Made by a program: the position numbers and the translations under genes. The notes below the pieces were generated by a model, which searched no databases, was not told the DNA's origin, and worked only from the letters and a program-made list of their open reading frames with translations. Of a stretch of DNA of 64,000 nucleotides, positions 17,967-31,143 are shown piece after piece. Every line of letters begins with the position of its first letter. The stretch's first letter is position 1. Source of the stretch: Candidatus Cloacimonadales bacterium (GTDB lineage Bacteria; Cloacimonadota; Cloacimonadia; Cloacimonadales; JAFGVF01); NCBI GenBank assembly GCA_963677495.2, contig CAXXOU010000003.1:288001-352000 (forward strand). Direction: 5' to 3'.

Positions 17967-20294
17967 ATGAAAAAGTTAATTATATCTTTATTAGTAGTTC
18001 TGCTTTCTACTATTATCTTAGCCGATGGTGTACAACCTTTAGGCAACGGTACAAGTGAAAATCCCTATCAGATTGAAAGCTTGGATAATTTGTTATGGGT
18101 AAGTACAAACCCTTATCATTGGAATAAGTTCTATGTTCAAACTGCTGATATTGATGCAAGTGCTACTCAACAATGGAATTCAGGTGGTGGATTTATTCCA
18201 ATAGGCAACAATGTTCATTGGTTTGTAGGAAGTTATGATGGACAAGGACATACAATATCGAACCTGTTTATTTACACCCAAACTACAGATTATGTGGGAT
18301 TCTTTGGTGAAATAAGAGATGCAAGTATATCCAATCTTAATTTGGTGAATGCTAATGTCCAAGGCTTTTTACATGTCGGAATACTTTGTGGTGATCTCAC
18401 TGGTTCAGAAGTGTCCAATGTCTTTTGTTCTGGAACTGTTACAGGGGGTAATTGTGGATTATTAGCAAGTACTATTAAGTACTCACAGATAGATAGTTGT
18501 TCTACAAGTGGTTCAGTTTATGGTTCAAACTATGTGGGTGGCTTTGCAGGAAGAGCAACTCTCTCAGAAATAAGTAACTCACACTCTACTATCAACCTTA
18601 TTAACTCAGCTAGTTACTGTGGAGGTTTTATTGGTGCTATATCCAGCAGTGACATCACAACTTGTTATGCTACAGGTTCAGTTGAAGCTTATGATAAAGT
18701 AGGCGGTTTTGCAGGAATAGTTAGCAGTTCTTTTGAGTTAAACAACTGTTTTTCAGAATGTAGTGTCGAGGGATCTAGTGAGACTGGTGGCTTTGTCGGT
18801 TTATCCTCTCGTAGTAATATAGCTAATTGCTATTCTACCGGTGATGTAAATTCTGACTTACATGTTGGTGGATTTGTAGGGCAAACATATGAAGGATTAA
18901 TCAATGAGTGCTACTCTACCGGTGATGTATCTGGATACAGTATAGTTGGTGGATTTGTTGGAACTCAAAGTCAAATAATTGATTCTGATTACTTCTCTGT
19001 TCTAAACTCATACTCAACAGGTGACATTACATGCCCAGATGGTCTTTGCGGTGGATTTGAAGGTGAGTTCAGCTATGGAGTAATGAATAACTGCCACTAC
19101 AACGCAGATGTAGTACTTATAAATGGTGAATCCTTGTTTTCACAGGGTGGTTTAACTGATCAGTTGTATACGGACTGGATAAATAACGGTTTAGTTTTAG
19201 ATGCTGATAACTATTATCAAGCTGCAGATGATATATACTTAATTTCAAGTATGACCGACTTCACCAACCTATTAGCATTTGGACAGGAAGGTCTTAGTTT
19301 TAGACTAGAGCTGGACTTGGATTTGACAAACCATCAAGGTTTTTATATCCCTTATCTACAATCAAATATTGATGGTAATGGCTTCACTGTATCCAATCTC
19401 AGTTTTGACACGGAAAATGATTATACTGGTATGTTCGGTGTAACTGATAATTGTATTATCAGTAATCTTGGCATAACAAATGCTACTGTCAGTGGTCATA
19501 ATAGTGTGGGTATCCTCACAGGCTACAGTATTAACACTCAAATCCATTGTTGCTATACATCAGGTGTAGTCTCAGGTACAGATAATACCGGAGGTATTGC
19601 CGGTAGTATAGGTTCTGGTTCTGAGATGTCTAATTGTTATAGTCGTGCTACATTAAATACCTCATTTGGTTCAGGAGGACTTATAGGAGCAATTAGTTCA
19701 TCAACACTCTCCAACTCATACTTTAGTGGTACATTATCGATGTTTAGTCAAGGCTTATGTGGTAGTACCGATGATAGCAGTCTAGTAGAAAACAGTTTCT
19801 GGGATACTGATGCAGGTTCCGCTACTTCAGGAAGCGGAGGTTTAACACAAGCGGAGATGCGGGATATTGATACATATCTCAACGCAGGATGGGATTTTGT
19901 TAATGAAACTGCAAATGGTACTGATGATTATTGGGCTATTGAAACTAATATTAATGATGGGTTCCCTCATCTCGTTTACCAACCAGTAGTTAGACCTTTA
20001 GAGCATGAAGAAGATGAGCTAGTTAACACTTTTGATAACTACCCTAATCCTTTTAATCCAACAACAACAATTAGGCTCAGTATGGCTAAAGAAGCATATG
20101 CTGAGATTAGCATATTCAATATTAAAGGTCAACGAATCAAGACTCTCATAAACGATGTATTGCCAGCCGGTGAACATAGTGTTGTCTGGAGTGGTAATAA
20201 TGATAATGGAGTTAAAGTGGCTTCAGGAATTTATTTCTATAAGCTCCAAGCTGGGACTTATATTAAGACTAAGAAGATGATCTTGATGAAATAG
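17967..20294 (+). CDS. Secreted GLUG-repeat protein with FlgD-Ig/T9SS-like CTD
   Basis: AGGAGG RBS, ATG 17967 (MKKLIISLL); VGGF(V/A)G..CYSTG repeats; CTD ending KKMILMK. Confidence 0.88.
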   Translation: MKKLIISLLVVLLSTIILADGVQPLGNGTSENPYQIESLDNLLWVSTNPYHWNKFYVQTADIDASATQQWNSGGGFIPIGNNVHWFVGSYDGQGHTISNLFIYTQTTDYVGFFGEIRDASISNLNLVNANVQGFLHVGILCGDLTGSEVSNVFCSGTVTGGNCGLLASTIKYSQIDSCSTSGSVYGSNYVGGFAGRATLSEISNSHSTINLINSASYCGGFIGAISSSDITTCYATGSVEAYDKVGGFAGIVSSSFELNNCFSECSVEGSSETGGFVGLSSRSNIANCYSTGDVNSDLHVGGFVGQTYEGLINECYSTGDVSGYSIVGGFVGTQSQIIDSDYFSVLNSYSTGDITCPDGLCGGFEGEFSYGVMNNCHYNADVVLINGESLFSQGGLTDQLYTDWINNGLVLDADNYYQAADDIYLISSMTDFTNLLAFGQEGLSFRLELDLDLTNHQGFYIPYLQSNIDGNGFTVSNLSFDTENDYTGMFGVTDNCIISNLGITNATVSGHNSVGILTGYSINTQIHCCYTSGVVSGTDNTGGIAGSIGSGSEMSNCYSRATLNTSFGSGGLIGAISSSTLSNSYFSGTLSMFSQGLCGSTDDSSLVENSFWDTDAGSATSGSGGLTQAEMRDIDTYLNAGWDFVNETANGTDDYWAIETNINDGFPHLVYQPVVRPLEHEEDELVNTFDNYPNPFNPTTTIRLSMAKEAYAEISIFNIKGQRIKTLINDVLPAGEHSVVWSGNNDNGVKVASGIYFYKLQAGTYIKTKKMILMK

Positions 20295-20317
20295 TTTCAA
20301 AGATTGATTAAAATTAA

Positions 20318-20350
20318 TGGCAGGCAGTTGAAAGCTCAACCGCCTGCCGT
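20318..20350. terminator. Terminator between convergent genes
   Basis: ggcaggcagttga / tcaaccgcctgcc stem. Confidence 0.65.
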
Positions 20351-20356
20351 TCTATT

Positions 20357-20788
20357 CTATTTAACTTCTTCTTTAATAACGCTGGCATTCATCATGTTAT
20401 CTGCGATAGGGCATCTTCTTGTAATCTCTTCAAGGTATGCTTCTTTCTCTTCATGAGTCATATCAGCATCGATTTTAACGAAAGCTCTAATCTCAACAAA
20501 TCCTGCACGGCCTTCAGTTGTTTTGCCCATAAGGAAATCTTTATCGATGTCGCCTTCAACATCTACTTCGATTCCACGAACATTGAGTCTTTTCTGATTA
20601 GAAATAATTCTTCCGATTGCACAGATACAAGCAGGAAGTGATGAAAGGAATATCTCCATTGGATTAGGACCTGCACCTTCTCCACCCATAGCTTTAGGTT
20701 GGTCGATGTAGAAAGTCTGTGAGCAATTAACTTCAGTTTTGAAGCCTTCTCCCATTTTTGCACCAAGTTTTAATGTTGAAATTGGCAT
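20357..20788 (-). CDS. OsmC/Ohr family protein
   Basis: IDQPKAMGGEGAGPNPMEIFLSSLPAC and RCPIADN two-Cys pattern. Confidence 0.9.
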   Translation of the reverse strand: MPISTLKLGAKMGEGFKTEVNCSQTFYIDQPKAMGGEGAGPNPMEIFLSSLPACICAIGRIISNQKRLNVRGIEVDVEGDIDKDFLMGKTTEGRAGFVEIRAFVKIDADMTHEEKEAYLEEITRRCPIADNMMNASVIKEEVK

Positions 20789-21001
20789 TTTTTGTCTCCT
20801 TATCTATTTAGTTTTCTTAATTTCAAGTTTGCTTTATTCTCACTTATTAATCTGTCAAGTAAATGTACGTTTTCACTTTGACATATAAACTGAAATGCTC
20901 CTCTCTAGATAGCTAAAAGATTCAAGGATAAAGCATAGTGTTTGCTTCCTAATTATATTTACATGAAATACAAGATATTTCAATCAGACTAGAAATTCTT
21001 C

Positions 21002-21143
21002 CATTGCTCTGCTACAATAGTCATGAGACACCTATTGAATCCCTGTTAAATTCCCGTTAGGTTCCCGTTACAGATAACGGGAGATGGATTGGACAATAAT
21101 GAGCTAGAGATATGAGTTGGATTATTATTATGAGAGAGCAATG
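21002..21143. repeat. 142-bp imperfect palindrome with terminal inverted repeats and internal 11-bp-period units
   Basis: Ends cattgctct(gctacaat) / agagcaatg; units cctattg, cctgtta, cccgtta, cccgtta (21031, 21042, 21053, 21064) | taacggg (21075); dyad axis at the element centre. Confidence 0.7.
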
Positions 21144-21159
21144 AAACTGCAATTAATGA

Positions 21160-21190
21160 AAAAAAGGGCAAACTTAAAAGTTTGCCCAAT
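21160..21190 (-). terminator. Terminator of eno
   Basis: gggcaaactt / aagtttgccc stem with A-tract on the + strand (U-tract on minus). Confidence 0.7.
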
Positions 21191-21232
21191 ATTCATTTCA
21201 CGCAAGTCGTTTGCGTATTCTATTTATAAGAA

Positions 21233-22531
<1,299 letters not shown>

Positions 22532-22704
22532 CTAATCTAATTCTTTCTAATTATTGTAAATTCATACAGTTGCAAGAAAATAGGATTAGATATTTTGTCA
22601 ATTACCTTATCAGTAACTTGGATTAAGAAAGAGTTAATCAAAAATAGATTGCCAAGAATCAATCGGTATGTAAATGCTGATTTGCTACTGAGAGGAGTCA
22701 TATT

Positions 22705-23742
22705 ATGAAAAAAGTTTACATTGCTACAGGTAACAACAAATTCTTTGGTCAGGGAAGAAAACCCTGGGATCCGGTTGATATTACTATTATCCAAAAGCTC
22801 ATGTTTGAGAAGGGAATCGAGTGTATTTTCAAAAGCTATCATGAGATAGTAAACTGTGGTCTAATTGACAAATCAATCCCGGTCTTGTTTGCTTTCAGTC
22901 AAAGACCGGAAGTAAGAGAGTACATCAAAGATATGGTTGCATACCTAGCATATGAAGGGTTCGCTGTTATCCCATCAGCTGAGCTGTTACTTTGTCATGA
23001 GAATAAAGGTTTTCAGGAGCTTGTAAAGAAAAAGCATAGAATCAAAGACCTTAAAGCATACTATTTTTGCGAGATTGAAGAGATTAAAGATTACAATTTA
23101 CAATATCCTGTCGTTTTGAAAAGACTTGATGGTTCTAATGGGAAGGGAGTTTTCCTTGTACATGATGAGAAGGCTTTAGTTAAGCATGTAGAAAGTTTTG
23201 TAAGCTCTTATACGAACAATCAAAGAATTGACCTTCTAAGACGTAAATACCTACGAGGGAATAAGTCATACAAAGAATACCCAAACTATACAAATTCGAA
23301 AGACTATTTGCAATACAGACATTATATAAAAGCGCATAAACGATTTGTGATACAGGAGTTCATACCGGGACTAGACCACGATTACCGCGTGTTAAAGGCC
23401 GGAGAAAGGTATTATATTACGAAAAGACATACTAAAGATGGCGGATTCAAAGCCAGTGGCACTAAACTCTTTGATTTTGAAATAGATAATCCGGAACCTA
23501 TTCTTGATTATGCAAGTCAGATTTGTAATAAAATTGAAGCTCCATTCTTATCAATGGATATATGTGTAAAGGGCAATGATTATTACCTCATTGAGTTTCA
23601 AGGATTACATTTTGGGATGAATGTAGTAGTAAAGGGTAAGGGATATTACATTGAAAGTAAGAGCGGTTTTGAATTTATTGAAGCAACCCCTTCTCCTGAA
23701 GAGACTTTAGCACACGGAATTATCAATTATTTGAATAGATAA
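22705..23742 (+). CDS. ATP-grasp fold protein (RimK-like)
   Basis: YPVVLKRLDGSNGKGVFL, VIQEFIPGLDHDYRV, SMDI...YYLIEFQ. Confidence 0.8.
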   Translation: MKKVYIATGNNKFFGQGRKPWDPVDITIIQKLMFEKGIECIFKSYHEIVNCGLIDKSIPVLFAFSQRPEVREYIKDMVAYLAYEGFAVIPSAELLLCHENKGFQELVKKKHRIKDLKAYYFCEIEEIKDYNLQYPVVLKRLDGSNGKGVFLVHDEKALVKHVESFVSSYTNNQRIDLLRRKYLRGNKSYKEYPNYTNSKDYLQYRHYIKAHKRFVIQEFIPGLDHDYRVLKAGERYYITKRHTKDGGFKASGTKLFDFEIDNPEPILDYASQICNKIEAPFLSMDICVKGNDYYLIEFQGLHFGMNVVVKGKGYYIESKSGFEFIEATPSPEETLAHGIINYLNR

Positions 23743-23770
23743 GTGGCTATTTACTAAACAATAGCCACTT
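23741..23770. terminator. Bidirectional terminator
   Basis: aagtggctatt / aatagccactt stem between convergent genes. Confidence 0.65.
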
Positions 23771-23778
23771 AATTTCAT

Positions 23779-24654
23779 TTATTTAACAACTGGAACCATA
23801 ATAATATAGTCACCAGCTATCAATCTTGATTCAATATTTACTTCCTCTTCATTAACTAGTTGAGGACTTATTACAACAATATTTAAGTTTGGGAGTAGAA
23901 TTTTGAGTCTTTGAGCTGTTCCCAGATGGCTGTTAGAATGAAAATCACCATTGAAGTGAACAACTTTTTTGCCCGGGTTGTTCATTATGTAGTCTGCTAG
24001 AGATTCAGCCATTGTATCATCTTTCAAGCACTGAGCAGCATAAATATTATCAAAGCTGGGAGTAGATTGAGTATGCATTGCAGTACTCATGTTCGACTTC
24101 ATAATTTCTATGAATCTTGCTTTATACTCATCATCCAATACTTTTAGTTCCTTAGCTACGAACTCCTTTTCTGATTCAGGAATACTATCGTAGAATTCAA
24201 TACCTTGCTTATTAATGCCTGCAGCATACCTTCTTGGCACATTCGCTGCAACTACATCCAAATTCTTCTTCTTCGCAAAATTGACTATAGGTGCATAATC
24301 TTCTTTATAGTTAGGCCAAGGTCTGGAGCCTGCAATAAATTGTTCCTCAGAAATACTTGAGCTAAGGTACTCATCCATAACTGGTTGCACATCCCTTTCA
24401 AACATCTCCATAGATATACATACATTACGATATTTCTTATAGAACTTAACAGTGAAATCGTATTCCATTGCATGGATTGTTGGATTATCGTGGAATTCAC
24501 CATAAAAGATAACATCAGCATTATCGAGTTCGTTAATCAAATTTTTCAACTTGATTTCTTTGCCGGTTTTTGATGAGAAATACTTATAACTCTTGGCTTC
24601 AACAACAGCCATTGTTAATATAAAGATCGAAAGAAGTAGTAATAATTTATGCAT
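23779..24654 (-). CDS. ChaN/DUF399-like (haem-uptake-type) exported protein
   Basis: AAGGAG RBS before ATG 24654; DVIFYGEFHD, SMEMFERDVQ, AQCLKDDTMA, HFNGDFHS. Confidence 0.85.
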   Translation of the reverse strand: MHKLLLLLSIFILTMAVVEAKSYKYFSSKTGKEIKLKNLINELDNADVIFYGEFHDNPTIHAMEYDFTVKFYKKYRNVCISMEMFERDVQPVMDEYLSSSISEEQFIAGSRPWPNYKEDYAPIVNFAKKKNLDVVAANVPRRYAAGINKQGIEFYDSIPESEKEFVAKELKVLDDEYKARFIEIMKSNMSTAMHTQSTPSFDNIYAAQCLKDDTMAESLADYIMNNPGKKVVHFNGDFHSNSHLGTAQRLKILLPNLNIVVISPQLVNEEEVNIESRLIAGDYIIMVPVVK

Positions 24655-24854
24655 CCATAACTCCTTGATAATAATTACTGTCAATTATTGCTTAACTCTA
24701 AAAGCAAACAAGCTTTTTCTTAATATGCTTACTTTCAATAAAGCTCAAGCCTTTTACGTTTACTACCTGATAATGGAAAAAAACATGATTTTGCCTTTAC
24801 TTATTTTTACAGTTCTGTAATTGTTGATAACTGTCTTAAACATTCACTAAAGTC

Positions 24855-27800
24855 ATGCGTATAATGAGTAAGACAATTCATACATTTACAAGGATAGGTA
24901 TACAAATGAGAAGGATTTATGAACGCAGGATTATTATAAACTCAATTCTACTCGTAATATTCACAACACTAATTCTAACTTGCTTCGCAACTGATACGAC
25001 TCAGTTGAAAAGGATTTTATATATTAATTCGTTTAATACCAATGCTCCCACCTATTCTGAACACCTTAATGGAATTAACTCAGTATTCAAAAATCATGAT
25101 TTGAGAATAGATTATGAGTTTATGGATAGTAAAAATCTTATATCTGAAGAGATTGAATCTGATACTAAAAACTATCTTCTTAATAAGATTTCCAAGCTTG
25201 AACCTTATGATTTGATAATGGTTTCAGATGATCCTGCTTTTGAATTCATTCAGGAAAACATCTCTAATTTTAGGGATATTCCAATTGTCTTCTTTGCGGT
25301 CAATAATCGCAAAGATGCGCTGGAACTTGCAAAGTCACCTATTATTACCGGAGTAACAGAACGAGTATCTGTTCTTAAAACTGTTAGTTTGATAGAACGA
25401 TTACGCCCAAACCTTGAAAGTATTCATTTGATAATTGATGGGGTTGACCTTAAATTCCTCAATGAAAAACAGATGCTGGATGAGTTAAATCGTTTTGGAA
25501 TAAAAAAGAGAATCATAAGAACTGATAAATACAGCTGGGAAGAAATGAGAGAAAGGTTAGAAAGCATTCCAGAAGATGATGCTTTAGTTTGTGTCTCAGC
25601 ATACCATGATAAAAACAAAGTTGTTAACGACTTCTACCGAAGTTTTCAATTGATAAAGGAAAGTACTTCTGCGCCAATTTTCCATCTTTGGCCACATGGT
25701 ATCGGTAAAGGTTTTTTAGGTGGGTATGTTGTTTCCCACTATACTCAAGCAGAAAATGCCGCTAAACTTGCCATTAGGATGATCCTAAACAATGAAAAGG
25801 ATATTCCTGTCATAGATACAGAATCTAACAACTACTGCTTAGTTGACTACAAATTAGCTGAAGCTTATAATATTGATACATCTAAGTTACCGGCTAATGT
25901 AAGATATATCAATAAACCTGTTACTATTTGGAGACGTTACGGGTTAGTTATGGTTGTTGTCAGTGTGCTCATGATTCTTGAGCTAGTTCTTATAATCGCT
26001 CTTTCCTACTACTTTTTACAAAGAAAGAAGTACCTCCTGGAATCACAACAAAATGAGGAAAAGCTCAGAATTACATTACAATCTATTGGAGACGCTGTAA
26101 TAGCTACAGACATTACCGGAAAGATCACAATGATGAACATCATTGCTGAAAAGCTAACAGGCTGGAAAAGGAATGAAGCAATAGGTAAAGATGTAAGTGA
26201 CGTGTTCAATATCGTTAATGCAACTGACAATAGCAAGATTGCGAATCCTGTTACCCAAGTCTTAGAGAGCAGAGGGGTCATTGGTCTTTCAAACAACACA
26301 AAACTTCGATCCAAAGATGGGAAAGATTATCTTATAACCGATCGTGCAGCTCCTATTTTAAACATTCAAGGGGAGATTGAAGGTGTCGTAATGGTTTTCC
26401 AGGATGCAACCTCTCGTAAGCAACAAGATCAGATTATCAAAGAAAGTGAGAAACAACTTAACATGTTCTTCAACCAATCACTTTCTGCTTTTTTCCTACT
26501 TGAACTTGAAGAACCTGTGTGCATTACAGATGGTTTATTGATAAATAAATTAGATACAATTATTAACAATCTTAAATTCGCTAAAATTAACAACGCTTTA
26601 GCTGATATGTATAAACTAGATAGAGGTAGCTTGATTGGTAAGCAAATGATAAATTCAAAAAGCTGCCCCCTTGAAAGGAAAGAGTTGCTACTTGAAGTAA
26701 TTGAGAATGTGAGCCTTTCAAAAATCACTGTAGAGCACGACAGCTCAGGTGAAACTCTTTGGGTCCATGGATACTACTCTCTCGTTAAAGACCAAGAAGG
26801 TCGGATGATAGGATTGTTCGGCACTCAGTATAATGTTACTGAGAAGTATTTAAAAGAGCAAAAAATAAAGTCACTACTTGAGATTCAGAAAGGAATCTTA
26901 AATAATATTATGAGTAGTGCGGTAGTTAAGGATATAGATGATGATTTCAGAATTCTTCATTGGAATAAGTTTATTGAAAACTATACCGGAATTTCTGCAG
27001 AACAAGCAATTGGAAAAACTGATTTCGAACTATTCCCAGATGAACAAGCACGTTACATAAGAAAGAAAGACTTAGATGTACTAGCATCACCACTGCATAA
27101 AACTTATTATGAGGAACGTATTTCCGGAAAGCAAGGATTGTCACGTATTTTCAAAACTATCAAGTCTATTGTCCCAAAAGATAACTCTACCGGTTTATTA
27201 CTCTCATTCTCTTTCGATATTGATGACTTAAAGAAGGCTCAGATTGACCTACTTGCTGCAAAGGAAAAGGCTGAAACAGCAGATAGACTTAAGTCCGCAT
27301 TCTTAGCCAACATGAGTCATGAGATAAGAACTCCATTGAATAGTATTGTCGGATTCAGTTATCTGCTTTCTGTGAGTGAAGACAACAATGAATCTGAAGA
27401 GTTTTATGATATTATCAAGAACAACACTGATCTTCTGTTAACGCTGATTAATGATATTGTTGATTATTCTAAAATAGAATCTGGGAATCTCTCTCTCGTT
27501 GAAGAGAACTGTAATATTCACGCCTGTCTGGAGAATTGTGTTAACACGATTAAGCAAAAGGTACCAGAAGATATCGAACTTATTTTAGACCTTCCTTCAG
27601 AAGAGCCTATATTTGTAATCTCTGATAGCCAAAGATTACAACAAATCATGCTTAATCTACTGACAAATTCTGTTAAACATACTGATAAGGGTCATATCAA
27701 AGCCGGATACCATATCGAACAAAACCACATTCAGTTCTATTTTGAAGATACAGGTACAGGAATCGCTAAGGAATTACAAGGAAAGATTTTCGAAAGATTC

Positions 27801-28367
27801 TTCAAAGCTGATGAGTTTAAACAGGGAACAGGACTAGGACTCGCTGTTTGTAAACTACTATTGGATGCCTTTGGTGGTAAAATCTGGCTTGAATCTGAAG
27901 TTGGCAAGGGCACAACTTTCTACTTCACTATTCCATTTGTTCCTGCAGATAAGCCTAAAGAGCAAACTGTTGACTTTGGCTCATTCATTCAAATACCTGT
28001 CCGTGAAGCGGATAAGAAGACATTGCTTATTGCTGAAGACACTTCCAGTAACTACCATCTCTTACAAACAGTGCTTGGAAAATCTTATAAGCTAATTCAT
28101 GCCATCAACGGTAAGGAAGCAATTGAGTTGTTTGATAAACATAGTCCTGATGCTATTCTTATGGACTTAAAGATGCCTGTTATGGATGGTTTTGAAGCAA
28201 CAAAGGAAATTAGAGCTAAGTCTGAATCGATACCTATCATTGCCATCACAGCTTATGCGTACGATACTGATAAAGTTAAAGCTATGGATGCAGGTTGTAA
28301 TGATTATATACCTAAGCCAATTGATGTTAAATCACTCAGAAGAATATTAGGTAAATACTTATACTAG
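24855..28367 (+). CDS. Hybrid sensor histidine kinase (periplasmic binding-like sensor, PAS domains, HK, receiver)
   Basis: Two TM segments; PAS TLQSIGDAVIATD; H-box FLANMSHEIRTPL; GTGLGL; receiver ILMDLKMPVMDG; start may be 24906. Confidence 0.93.
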   Translation: MRIMSKTIHTFTRIGIQMRRIYERRIIINSILLVIFTTLILTCFATDTTQLKRILYINSFNTNAPTYSEHLNGINSVFKNHDLRIDYEFMDSKNLISEEIESDTKNYLLNKISKLEPYDLIMVSDDPAFEFIQENISNFRDIPIVFFAVNNRKDALELAKSPIITGVTERVSVLKTVSLIERLRPNLESIHLIIDGVDLKFLNEKQMLDELNRFGIKKRIIRTDKYSWEEMRERLESIPEDDALVCVSAYHDKNKVVNDFYRSFQLIKESTSAPIFHLWPHGIGKGFLGGYVVSHYTQAENAAKLAIRMILNNEKDIPVIDTESNNYCLVDYKLAEAYNIDTSKLPANVRYINKPVTIWRRYGLVMVVVSVLMILELVLIIALSYYFLQRKKYLLESQQNEEKLRITLQSIGDAVIATDITGKITMMNIIAEKLTGWKRNEAIGKDVSDVFNIVNATDNSKIANPVTQVLESRGVIGLSNNTKLRSKDGKDYLITDRAAPILNIQGEIEGVVMVFQDATSRKQQDQIIKESEKQLNMFFNQSLSAFFLLELEEPVCITDGLLINKLDTIINNLKFAKINNALADMYKLDRGSLIGKQMINSKSCPLERKELLLEVIENVSLSKITVEHDSSGETLWVHGYYSLVKDQEGRMIGLFGTQYNVTEKYLKEQKIKSLLEIQKGILNNIMSSAVVKDIDDDFRILHWNKFIENYTGISAEQAIGKTDFELFPDEQARYIRKKDLDVLASPLHKTYYEERISGKQGLSRIFKTIKSIVPKDNSTGLLLSFSFDIDDLKKAQIDLLAAKEKAETADRLKSAFLANMSHEIRTPLNSIVGFSYLLSVSEDNNESEEFYDIIKNNTDLLLTLINDIVDYSKIESGNLSLVEENCNIHACLENCVNTIKQKVPEDIELILDLPSEEPIFVISDSQRLQQIMLNLLTNSVKHTDKGHIKAGYHIEQNHIQFYFEDTGTGIAKELQGKIFERFFKADEFKQGTGLGLAVCKLLLDAFGGKIWLESEVGKGTTFYFTIPFVPADKPKEQTVDFGSFIQIPVREADKKTLLIAEDTSSNYHLLQTVLGKSYKLIHAINGKEAIELFDKHSPDAILMDLKMPVMDGFEATKEIRAKSESIPIIAITAYAYDTDKVKAMDAGCNDYIPKPIDVKSLRRILGKYLY

Positions 28368-28879
28368 TTCTGAGGTGTTAACACAAACGCATCACTTCGA
28401 TAACCGTTAGCGACAGCAATAGCTATAACATTTTTGTAGGTCTCTTGATTCATTTCAGGAGACCTGCTTAATATCCAGGCATACCTTTGTCCCGGTTCTC
28501 CAACAAGTGCCCAACTATAATCCTCTGCAAGACCGAGTATCCAATAATCTCCCCAAAATATTTGCTTCCCAAAGACTTTCACAAAGCTAACCTTGAGTTT
28601 GCTATTCGAATCGTTCATAACCTTTGCAACTCCCTCTACACTCTTCATCTTGCCTTTTTTGCTCATGCATCGATTAATTACAGAGATTCTCCCATCAATA
28701 AATTGATATTCAGCAGTTGTATTGGAAACACAAGAACGTTGAAACGGATTTGGTGTTTTGCCTACCTCATACCAAGTCCCTGTATATCTAAACAGATCGA
28801 CTTGTTCCACAGTTTCAACTTCTACAGCAAACATGACCGGCATTCCGATTGCAAACAATATCAATACTAAATATTTCAT
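28364..28879 (-). CDS. blc: Lipocalin (Blc-like)
   Basis: VDLFRYTGTWYEV, GDYWIL, YAWILSR lipocalin motifs. Confidence 0.88.
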   Translation of the reverse strand: MKYLVLILFAIGMPVMFAVEVETVEQVDLFRYTGTWYEVGKTPNPFQRSCVSNTTAEYQFIDGRISVINRCMSKKGKMKSVEGVAKVMNDSNSKLKVSFVKVFGKQIFWGDYWILGLAEDYSWALVGEPGQRYAWILSRSPEMNQETYKNVIAIAVANGYRSDAFVLTPQN

Positions 28880-29138
28880 CCTAATCTCCTTTGATGGCTA
28901 AATAATAATCTACTATCCCCCACAACCAAATTTAGCAGTAAGTTCTAATGGAACTGCATGAATAATAAGGATGACATCTCCTGTTTTAAGTTTTCCATTT
29001 TCACCCGTTTCTCACGCATTGAGAGTAACGAGAGAACAACCACTGATTGGAAGGTACGAAGAAGGGTACATAAAGGGACAATAAAATGATGTGGATAGTT
29101 CAATGTTTTTAAGATGCATTTTAGCAGTAATTTTTTTG

Positions 29139-29191
29139 TTGACACAAGATAGATTTATTGCATTTTAGCACTCGTATTGGAAGTTTGCTAA
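29139..29191 (+). promoter_or_regulatory. Sigma70-type promoter with CIRCE (HrcA operator)
   Basis: TTGACA at 29139-29144; TTAGCACTC-N9-GTTTGCTAA at 29165-29191 (consensus TTAGCACTC-N9-GAGTGCTAA). Confidence 0.8.
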
Positions 29192-29219
29192 TACAGATAA
29201 TTTTAAAACTAATAACTAA

Positions 29220-30884
<1,665 letters not shown>

Positions 30885-30903
30885 ACTAAATAGTATTATA
30901 GAT

Positions 30904-30936
30904 AAGAGTCTGCTGCCAAAACAGCAGACTCTTCTT
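30904..30936 (+). terminator. Terminator of groEL
   Basis: aagagtctgctg / cagcagactctt stem. Confidence 0.75.
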
Positions 30937-31090
30937 GCTTAAATATAACTATTCCCCCTTCCCCACTCCACAATCCATTTTCCAATAAAACTTATATCTT
31001 CATATTCATATTCTAACACTTACTTATCACTTACTTTTCACTTCCATCACTGCTACAAGTCTGGTACGTGCTACATCAAAAACCTGGAAT

Positions 31091-31140
31091 CTCGCTTGTC
31101 CCTCCCTTTAGCCTCCCTAGACCCTCCCTATGAAACCCTA
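31091..31140. repeat. One-armed 11-bp-period repeat (core CTCCCT(T/A))
   Basis: ctcgctt, ctccctt, ctcccta, ctcccta at 31091, 31102, 31113, 31124; preceded by ctgctacaa (31050) as in the 21.0 and 60.9 kb elements. Confidence 0.55.
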
Positions 31141-31143
31141 AAG

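Noticed and set aside
15955..20294. Diversity-generating retroelement template/variable repeat pair
   Set aside because: Mismatches are not confined to adenines of one copy and are mostly synonymous; both copies are coding; no reverse transcriptase in the window
21002..21143. Integron attC sites for the 142-bp palindromes and REP clusters
   Set aside because: No RYYYAAC...GTTRRRY ends, no cassette-like arrangement, no integron integrase seen
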